Shown piece by piece: positions 54,203 through 64,000 of a stretch of 64,000 nucleotides of DNA. The stretch lies in the NCBI GenBank assembly GCA_964016885.1, contig OZ024743.1, forward strand, positions 104,408,001 through 104,472,000, in the 5' to 3' direction. The notes under the pieces were generated by a model. It searched no databases. It worked only from the letters and a program-made list of their open reading frames with translations, and was not told the DNA's origin. The stretch is from Eledone cirrhosa. Taxonomy: Eukaryota. The position numbers were made by a program, and so were the translations under genes. The stretch's first letter is position 1; every line of letters starts with the position of its first letter.

Positions 54203-54541
54203 GTGGGACGGGAACTGATTCTGGCTTGATTTCTACAGCTGGATGCCCTTCCTAACACCAACCTCATTTACAGTGAGTGCTGGGTGCTTTTTTTCTGTGG
54301 CGCCTACACGTCCACTTTACAGTGTGGGCTGGGTGCTTTTTTGCACCTCCACGACCACTTTGCATGATAGTGGAATAATAGGGATCCCAGTCCTATCATC
54401 TCATTTCTACAGTTGAGTAAACTGGAACAATGTGAAATAAAGTGTATGCTCAAGGAAACAACACATCACCTGGTCCGAGAATTGAACTCACAACCTTTCG
54501 ATTGCAAGGCCAATGCTCTAACCACTAAGCCATGTGCCTCC
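54203..54541 (-). mobile_element. S1 SINE, tail-to-tail with RTE-A, both tails lost
   Basis: Reverse complement of S1. Confidence 0.88.
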
Positions 54542-54564
54542 ATACACACACACACACATATACA

Positions 54565-55315
54565 ACTTTCTTTAGCCGTTGCTCGCACCAACCGGAGGTA
54601 TATGGTCTTTAAAGCGATGAAATACCAATAAAGGTTGGAAGATCACTGATGAAGGACTAACTTTATTCATATGTAACCCATTTTCAACCACGCAGCACGT
54701 TTGTTTTCATATTCACACATATATTTTACTCCGCTGTGACCCGTCTATTTCGTTTTTACTGCTTCCTCTTTTTCTGTATCTTTCACCTCCCTTTACCCTC
54801 TCTAACAGTCACTCTCTCTGTTAGCCTCCACTTCACCCTTCACTCACTCACTCTCTGCTACTACCTCTCCTACTTTCTCCCGTTTGACCTGTGCGTAATT
54901 CTTTTCTCGCGCACGCTTGACCAGGCTGGTTGTTACTTTTTTCTCTCTTGTCTACGATTTCACAGAACTTATGTTCACCGAATTCAGGGACTAGACTCCT
55001 TCTTCCTCCCGTTTGACCTGTACGGAATTCCTTCCTTGCTCACATTTCGACTAGGTTTGATGGTATTTATTCTCTCTCGTTCACGATTTCACCGAACTTA
55101 TATTCATAGAAATCTGGGACTTGACTCTTTCTTCCTCACTTTTCGTTGCATTACCATCTTTGATTGTTTACAGTCTCGCTCGTTCCCCTTATTTACGTGT
55201 CCCAACGACTTTCTTTAGCCGTTGCTCGCACCAACCGGAGGTATATGGTCTTTAAAGCGATGAAATACCAATGAAGGTTGGAAGATCACTGATGAAGGAC
55301 TAACTTTATTCATAT
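54565..55315 (+). mobile_element. Penelope-terminal-like element: about 108-bp direct repeats around a pyrimidine-rich spacer with an internal duplication
   Basis: 54565-54672 resembles 55208-55315; CTCCCGTTTGACCTGT occurs twice. Confidence 0.6.
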
Positions 55316-57083
55316 ATATATATATACACACACACACACATATATATATACATACACACACACAAACTCATTTGCAAATAGTCTAGTTCCTTCAATCAAA
55401 TATGTTTAAAGAAAAAAACATTCCAAACAACATGAACCCCTACTCACCCACAAAAACAAATAATAATAGAACTCATTCTTTCTCTAGTAAGACAGTCCAG
55501 TCTTTGATAACCTTCTACTTCCCATCCCACCCCTACCTTAATAGCTTCTTCTGAACTCTGGGATAAGATTAGTATACAAATTAGTATAATGGTTTCTTAT
55601 ATAGGCATGAAGAAGGCGGTTGATTTGACAGAGCCTTTAGAAGTGTTGGATATTTGTTCTAGTGTGTCTGCCTACAAGACCACCTATCTCCTTCCAAATG
55701 ACATATCTTGTTTCTTTTGCTGCATCTAGTGAGGGAGAGTTGAGAGGGTATCTGTATTTACTGAGAGCGATTTTGCCTTTCATCCTTTCAGGGTTGATAA
55801 AGAAAGTATCTGTCCAGTGATGGTGCTGCCCTCTCTTCTTCCTACTGTCACATTCTGGATATTCTGCTGGATCAAGGGAGGGAAGGTAGACAAAGTGTAT
55901 GTTTCTATTCCTAGTTGCATGGGCATCTAAAACCCTTAACAAAATCATGATAAATACTTGATATCTCTGTACAAAGGCTATTTTTTAAATTTATTATTAA
56001 TGGGTGTGGGATGTATATGTATGTGTACTATAACCACACATACGTACATATGAACACACAAATTATAGCAATATTCTGCTTAGTGCTACCCTGTTTAACC
56101 CTTCCATTACCATATTTCTAATGAAAGGCACTGCCTCTAATTCTTACATCATTTCGAAAATAATCAAGAATTCAGAGGGATTTAGTAATATAAACAACTT
56201 CCTCATTTTGAAGCTGGTGTTCGGAACACAAGAAAGATTATTACATGTAATTATTGTAGTTTAAAGTGATTGGACCGACCTAGCATCTCCAATTTAATCC
56301 AGACCGAATCGTCTACTGTCCATTGCACCGACGTCCATGTGACTTGCGCCCGAATGAGGATAACAGAACCTCTCTCGCTCACTTTCGCTAACACCTCCAC
56401 ACTCGGCGACGACCTGACGAAAAACAGACTCCCGAATCTGGGTGTGACAACCTTCGTTTCGGGTAAGACGTCCCCCAACGTTCCTTCTCGACAGCTCCAC
56501 TATTATTATGGCAGGTTTTTAGATAAACATAAATACTTTAGAATATACAGCTTTGTATCAGAGAACAATGGGCGCTTTCAAGTAGTTTGGTAAGAAAAGG
56601 ACTAGAACAGATTCACAAGTGTTTCCCTTTTAAAATTCTAACAAAGCCTGTCAGTTAACCCCCTTGAAATACTATTACATCCATTTCCAAACGAGTGCAA
56701 AAAAAAAAAAAAATTAACAAAGAAACTGATTTACATTTGTGTATACTCTTGAAAATACCTGAATTTTTTCTACAATTCATCATGCGTGGACCCTGCCTTG
56801 CAATCTAACAAGTGCTGAAAGGTACTGAAAAGCACAACAAAGACAAAATAAAAACGTTACATCGGAAGCAAAAATATGTTGACAAAACTGAAGGTTGGCA
56901 AATGTCATTGTTAAACTTGACCATTTATAAGGACAAAATATAACTTTCTACTTTGATTATACCATTAACAGCAAAGAAAGTAACTCATTCACAGTCTCGT
57001 CTCCATGGGTGGGAGCACTGCCCCTTCTTCCAATTTTTAATGGTGCACCTTCTCAGTTAGAAAATAGGGCACTACGACGCTAT

Positions 57084-57246
57084 TAGCTGTCAGTCGAAAG
57101 CAGCCGATGAAAGCAAAACATTGTTTATTTCCGTATTACTACCACGCGTAAGTGGAGTTACTTGGTGGTAGTAATACGGAAATAAACGATGACGAATGAC
57201 ATCACTTTCGCCTGCTTTCATCGGCTGCTTTCATGACTGACAGCTA
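57084..57246. repeat. Long interrupted hairpin in CpG-retaining unique DNA
   Basis: TAGCTGTCAGTC/GACTGACAGCTA, GAAAGCAGCCGATGAAAGCA/TGCTTTCATCGGCTGCTTTC, GTTTATTTCCGTATTACTACCAC/GTGGTAGTAATACGGAAATAAAC. Confidence 0.92.
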
Positions 57247-57250
57247 TATA

Positions 57251-57380
57251 TCACGTGAACACAATCACATTATTCTTTCAAAAGGAAAAGTTTGGCGCCA
57301 TTTTTCTCCAGGGAATAAATGTCAACAAACTCAGGAGAAAAGAAGAAACTATAAAAGCAAAAGATAAGAAAATGGTAAGT
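57251..57380 (+). promoter_or_regulatory. Candidate promoter and first exon ending ATG|GTAAGT
   Basis: TCACGTGA E-box at 57251, TTTGGCGCCATTTT (E2F/YY1-like) at 57291, consensus donor at 57375. Confidence 0.5.
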
Positions 57381-57575
57381 AATATCAAATAATTATTAAA
57401 AACGTTACAGGAGTTGCATTACACGAATAATTAAGTTTCATACATACATATATATATGTGTGTATGTATGTATATATATGTATTTTATCTGATGAAAGCG
57501 TGGCCCTTAAAATATGTATAAAATAAATATGGTTTTATAAATATAGTTTCCATTTATTCATATATTGTATATATA

Positions 57576-57608
<33 letters not shown>

Positions 57609-57825
57609 ATATATATGTATGTAAAAAAAAAAATATCAGCAATTGTATTAAACTAAGATTTTATTGTTTTATATTTTGTATCTCGGCTCTGTAATACATT
57701 TGAAAATTTATATTGACCCTTTTCTCCTACCGGTAACTGGCTAGTACTTAGTACTCCATCCATATTTATAATCATATATAAGTATAACTATTATTATTAT
57801 TACTATGTATGTATATATATATATG

Positions 57826-58206
<381 letters not shown>

Positions 58207-58207
58207 A

Positions 58208-58312
58208 CCCGCCGAGGTTAACTTTGCCTTTCATCCTTATGGGGTCGATAAAATAAAGTACCAGTAATACACTGGGTAATTGCTGGCCTTGTGCCAAAGT
58301 AGAAACAATTAT
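58208..58312 (+). mobile_element. 5'-truncated S2 SINE (another at 41797-41889)
   Basis: Meta-like core and 3' end. Confidence 0.8.
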
Positions 58313-58585
58313 TATAAGAAAACTCCGGATAAACATAAACTGTTGAGTGTTTGTCATCTCTTATGAAAGAGTCGGCAGATTTTCAATCAACCAACTTTCC
58401 TTAGTTGAATAAATATATGTATGTATATATATATATACATATATTTTCTTTTGAAAGAATCGCGAGCAATTTATAATGTTATTTAAGAATTGGTAATGTT
58501 ATTTATGTATATATTTAAAACATATTTGCTGTTATTCTACTGTAAATTTATTTATATGCTTTGTATATATTATATATACACAAAT

Positions 58586-58765
58586 AATTGTTTCTACTTT
58601 AGGCACAAGGCCAGCAATTACCCAGTGCATTACTGGTACTTTATTTTATCGACCCAGTAAGGATGAAAGGCAAAGTCAACCTCGGCGGGATTTGAACTCA
58701 GATCGTAAAGGGACGTAACTATGCTGGAAAGCATGGTGTCCGACCCTCTACCGATACTGCCAATC
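58586..58765 (-). mobile_element. Full-length Meta-domain-like tRNA SINE (S2)
   Basis: A box TGGCAGTATCGG, B box GAGTTCAAATCC, GAGGTTGACTTTGCCTTTCATCCTT...GGGTCGATAAAAT. Confidence 0.85.
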
Positions 58766-59323
58766 ATAATGAATCTGTATATTAAAACATCGTTTGTATT
58801 ATTCAATCAGTTTATTGAACAACTAGAATGCTCATCGTCAAGTACTTTATACATATATATATATATATATGTGTGTGTGTCTGTATGTATGTATGAATCT
58901 ATATATATGTATATATATGTATGTATATCTATATATATATGTGTGTGTGTATGTGTATATGTGTGTATGTATATATATGTGTGTATGCATATGTGTGTGT
59001 ATGCATATGTGTGTGTGTATGTATATATATATATATGTGTGTGTGTGTATGCATATATGTGTGTGTGTATGTATATATATGTGTGTATGTATATATATGT
59101 ATATATATGTATATATATATATATGAAGATAAATTAACGGAGCCATAGAGTCGCGTTATTCCCTGTAAATTATGTGCTCAAAGGGAAAGGAATCCTATGC
59201 ATATTGTATATGTATATATATATATATACATGTATATATATGTATATGTGTATATATGTATATGTGTATATATATGCATGTATATGTGTATTTGTATATA
59301 TGTATATGTGTGTATGTATGTAT

Positions 59324-62300
59324 ATCATCATCATCATCATCATCGTTTAACGTCCATCTTCCACGCTTGCATAGGTTTGGACGGGAATTTTCCCACTTGA
59401 GGCAAGATTGGTTGTCCCACTCGTATAGGACTGTCTGGCGGGTCTTCTACAGTTGGATGCCCTTCCTAACACCAATCACGTTTACAGTGTGGACTGGGAG
59501 GTTTTTACCGTGTTACCTACATGGCCACATTACAGCGTGGACTGTGTGTATTTTTGTTGTGACACCCACACGACCTCATTTGTTTCGGACTGGATGTTGT
59601 GGTACCAACATAACTTTACATTGAAAGGGGTGGTGTGGATGGGGTGGAGGTAGTGGGACAGGGGTGTATTTTTGTTAGAGGTGCCTACTGACTGTGGTAG
59701 GTTTCACTTTGTACTTAGGTAAGGCGGGTCTTCTGTATTACTGTGTAGCGCCAAAGATCTCGGTCCAGTGACATTGTCTTGGAGAGGTGTAAGTGTGTGA
59801 GGTCGGAATTTATCAAGTCGTCCCAGGTTTTTCTGGGTCTGCCTACTCCGTGGCTACCGTCTATTTTTATCGCCCTGCACTTGTTTATACAGCTGTCGTC
59901 TTTCATGCGCATCACATGACTGTACCAACGTAGTCTTCTCTCGAGTAAACAGCATCTGATCCCTCTTATTTCTAATTTTTCTCTTAGTTCGTTTATGCTT
60001 TGCCGTTCACGTATATTACTATTACACATCCAGCGGAGCATGCAAGCTTTGTTCCTCTCCAGTCTGCGTATATCCTCTGCACACAATGCCCATGTCTCAC
60101 TGCCATGTAACATTGCTGTTCATATGCAGGCATCATACAGCCTGCCTTTCATTTTTAGAGAGAACCCTTTAGCGGCTAATAGTGGTATAAGCTCTCTGAA
60201 CTTTTTCTATCCAGTTCTGACTCTAGATACTGTACTTTCAGAGCACCCTCCACCACTTCTGATTTTGTCACCCAAGTAACAGAAGGTGTCCACTATTTCT
60301 ATAGAACCATCTGTGCAATGGAATGAGCTAGTATTCTGTGGGCACTTGCTGCTACTTATTGCACCAGAGCACCGGCCACATATAAAATCTATATTCTTAG
60401 TTAGCTTAGCTGTGATCCCACTACATTTTTTATGCACCCATACTTTGCATTTGGGACATAAAATGGAGTTTCTGCCTACTCCTTTCCTACACACTGAGCA
60501 TGGCCATTTTCCGGATGGGACCGGTGCCCTATTTTCGTTCCTACAAACTAGAACTTTAGTCTTAGACAGTAAATTTTAAGGCCTTTTGATTCTAGGCTGT
60601 GCTTCCATGTTTGGAATTTCTTCTCTAGTTCAGCCATTGATTCAGCTATGAGCGTTAGAACATCTGCGTATAGGAGTTCCCATGGGCAGCCGGTCTTGAA
60701 CTCCACTGTTATAGCCTGAAGGGCAATAATAAATAGTAGGGGGGCTAAGAACGGAGCCCTGATGAACACCAACTTTTACGCTAAACTCTTCACTATATTC
60801 ATTGTTAATTCTAACCTTGCTGACTGTTTCTTTATACATGTCTTGTATAGCTCTCACAAGCCATTCATCAACACCTAGTTTTCTAAGAGCCCACCAGATA
60901 ATGGAACGGGGGACTCTGTCAAAGGCTTTCTCCAAGTCGACAAAAGCTAAGTATAGGGGTTTACTTTTAGCTCGATACTTCTCCTGTAGTTGTCGCACAA
61001 TGAAAAGAGCGTCTGTGGTACTTTTACCTGACACAAACCCGAACTGCATTTCATCTAGATAAATTCGCTCTCTGATTAGTTGCGCTATTACTTTTTCTGT
61101 GACCTTCATGACCTGGTCGATTAATTTAATGCCTCTATAGTTACCCATATCTAGGGCATCTCCTTTACCCTTGTAGCAGTTAATGATGATGCTGCTACGC
61201 CAGTCCTTCAGAACAACCCCATTCTGTATGACTTGGTTTACTATCTGGGTGACCATAGTGTGTCCCACCGTTCCAGATGCTTTCAGCATTTCAGCAACTA
61301 TTTCCGAAGGCCCAGCCGCCTTACCCGTCTTCATATCTTTGATTGCCTTACTTATTATACTACCTTCAACTAGCACTGCTGGTCCCTCTATTGGAATGAT
61401 GTGGGGGAGACTGTCTTTCTCCCATTTATTCTCCTCATTTAGTAGCCTTTCGTAGTGACACTTCCAAGCTACCTTCTTATCAGCGTCAGTGATGGCAAGT
61501 ACACCATCATCATTAAGGACACACTTCTCCCCGACAATATCACGGTTTTCCTTGACACATTGCCTAGCAATCCTGAACACCTCACGTTTTTGGTCCTCGC
61601 GTTGTAGAACATGCTTGAACTTTCTTTCCTCTGCTTCCCTTTTTGCGAAGTACACTTGTCTCCTAGCTTCCCTCCTGGCCACTTGATAGTCTTCTCTACT
61701 TCCACCATCCCGCCATACTTTCCAAGCCTGCTTTTTGGCCTTAATTGACTCCTCCACCTTACTGTTCCACCACCACGTTACTCTCCTCCTGCCTATAGGC
61801 CTGCTCCAGCCACAGACTTCATCTGCCGCCTTCAGCAGGTTAGCTTTCAGGAATTCCCACGGTTCCTCTATATTGTACGACTCTAATTGCTCTTCCTTAC
61901 TGTCAAAAGCATCAAGTAATATGCTTTTAAATTTATTACTGGCTGTGGGGTCCTTTAGCTTCCATATTTTTCTCCTGAGGATAGTCCTCTTCTGTTGTCG
62001 AGAACGTCTCGTCCTGACTATGAGGTCACTAATTTTGAGTCTATGTTGAGAGGTGCATTCTTCATGGGGGAGGGATTTAGTGTTTACAACAGACACTCTG
62101 TCACGTCTTCTGGTAAGGATATAATCTACCTGGCTGGTATGTTCCCCTGATCTGTAGGTGATCAAGTGATTGTCTCACTTTTTGAAGTTAGTGTTACAGA
62201 TATTTAGGTTATTTGCATCACAGAATTCCAGGATTCTGGAGCTTTCCTCATTTCTAGTACCAAACCCATAGCCTCCATGGATTCCGTCATAGCCGTCACA

Positions 62301-63110
62301 ATGTTGTCCAACGTGACCATTTAGGTCGCCAGCAATAATTATATAGTCACTGTCGGTTATTTGGGAGGTAGTGAGCATCAGTGTCTCATAGAATCTGTCT
62401 TTTATAGCGCCAGGCAGTCCGGATTGGGGTGCGTACGCAGATATTACTGTCACAGTAGTTCTATTTAGAACGAATCTTATTTTAATTATTCTGTCGTTCA
62501 CTCTATTTACGTCTATTATCTTATCCACCCATTTTTCTGCTAACATGATTCCTACCCCACCCAGCCCATTGTCATTTCCCACCCAGAAAAGCTTATAGCA
62601 TCGTGTTTTACCCACAATGAATCTAGCAGACCCGCCCCTCCACCTGGTCTCTTGGATACAGCAAAAATCAACCTCCTTACGTTCAAGCATTTCTACAACC
62701 TCGTTAGAGCGACCTTTTAAGGTGCCTACATTCATCGTACCAACTCTGAAGTTTTGGATTGCGTTTGGTGGGTGGGGCGCGGGGAGGAGGGAGGGGGAGG
62801 GGGTTGGGGTTATGTTGGCCATCCGCGGCCGAAACAAAGAGAAGGAGTCCTTGCCCTTTCGTCCAGCAGCATGAGGTGAATTTGTCGTTATCTTTGGCAT
62901 TGTCTCTGAGTGTCCAGATTCTTCAGACTCTCCAGAATTCCTTAGTCCATCCATCATATCGAAAAGCAACCAGAAGTGATAGCATAGGCCGCTGACTTAT
63001 GATTGGTCCAAATAATAATGGCGGAGAGTGGGGGCGGGCGGGAGGGGTATGGGGTAGTTAGCGAGCGAGAAGGTTTTAAATAAAGCATATAACAGTAACA
63101 AGCGATATAC
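59324..63110 (-). pseudogene. Near full-length RTE-A copy, disrupted
   Basis: ORF pieces of 264, 507, 74, 95 and 132 aa tile the 1076-aa protein. Confidence 0.95.
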
Positions 63111-63371
63111 TGGGATTTTAAAATACACAAGATTATTTAGAACAGCCAGACAGAATTATAGAATAGCATTGAGAAAGTAGGATTGGATTCTGGGCGATTA
63201 TACAGATATATGGATGAATGAACCGAAGGGTGGGGAGACAAGAAGAAAATGGTATTTTTACATTACATTTCGTAGAAGTGTATATATGAATGTATATATA
63301 TATATATGTATGTGTATATATATAGATGTAATCTGAATTGTATGGTAGAATATTAAGTGTTAAATGTAAAT

Positions 63372-63410
63372 TGAACAAGTACTTTCATGTTTTCGCATTC
63401 TTCAGGTTCA
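63372..63410 (-). ncRNA. Minimal type I hammerhead ribozyme motif with intact consensus
   Basis: UGAAC-CUGAAGA-AUG-CGAAAA-CAU-GAAAGUACUU-GUUCA; palindromic stem III; downstream of the GIY-YIG ORF on the same strand. Confidence 0.82.
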
Positions 63411-63698
63411 TATTCTGTGGTGACAGTCAAGTTTTCAATTTTCAACTGTAATGAGATGGGTAAATTTTGTGCCTTATATACAGTGAAAAGCGGCTACAGA
63501 ATGCTAAATTTTGCAAACTATTTCGACCAATTGGTGTGTAGTTTCACTGGATTACTGAAGCTGATTGGTTTAGGCGTCATGGTTGGTTGAGCATGTCTAA
63601 CGACTTCTATTTGGCTCTATCCAAAGCATCAATTGTTTTGCTATTTTTAGAAATGATGTAAATAGCATTTCCTAGGGTTTTTATACCCCTAAGAATTA

Positions 63699-64000
63699 TT
63701 ATTGTTCATTTAGCTTGGGTTGGAATTTATCAATAAAATTCTTTTCTTTGATTTTTCTCTTGATTTCACTTGGCCTGTGTAATTTGTAGAATGGAAATAT
63801 TATAAATATTTTCTGACCACATGTTGCTAGATGGTTACTCAGGGGTATCTGACGGACATTTGGGTCTCTGATTTGCTGTCGGTGCACCCGTGCACGTTCC
63901 GATAGTGCATTTCCAGTTTGACCGACATATAGTTCTTCACAATTCGGGCATTTAATGCAGTAAATTAGATTTCTGCTTTTGCAGTTCATATTTGCATTTG
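63699..64000 (-). CDS. Penelope-like (Neptune-type) GIY-YIG endonuclease C-terminus, continues beyond the window
   Basis: NCKSRNLIYCIKCPNCEELYVGQTG..LSERARVH...E..FI..FQPKLN. Confidence 0.9.
   Translation of the reverse strand, partial: NANMNCKSRNLIYCIKCPNCEELYVGQTGNALSERARVHRQQIRDPNVRQIPLSNHLATCGQKIFIIFPFYKLHRPSEIKRKIKEKNFIDKFQPKLNEQ

Noticed and set aside
56251-56593. Overlapping ORFs in the CpG-rich segment
   Set aside because: Non-ATG starts and no recognisable domain; more likely UTR or regulatory DNA

Overview
Repeat-dominated animal genomic DNA. The repeat repertoire (CORE- and Meta-type tRNA SINEs, RTE LINEs, Penelope-like elements, long (TA)n arrays) suggests an octopus-like cephalopod; this is inference only. 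No host protein is recognisable. Main contents: one intact full-length RTE LINE ORF (14289-17519, APE + RT + embedded PHD-type finger) with many fragments of the same family; a second RTE family with an open 5'-truncated ORF; further RTE, Tx1-like and CRE-like fragments; Naiad-like and Neptune-like Penelope fragments; several SINE and MITE families; many palindromes; and near-identical local duplications at 9.5-19.3 kb. Most notable: (i) several minimal type I hammerhead ribozyme motifs, including a 330-nt retrozyme-like unit and motifs with a compensated U3-A8 core; (ii) a modular SINE whose last 40 nt equal the last codons of one RTE ORF and whose middle module is shared with the 3'UTRs of other RTE families and also expands into minisatellites; (iii) a candidate promoter near 57.1-57.4 kb with a long hairpin, and two frame-compatible candidate exons on the minus strand. 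Boundaries were read by eye and are approximate. Family labels A-D are my own.
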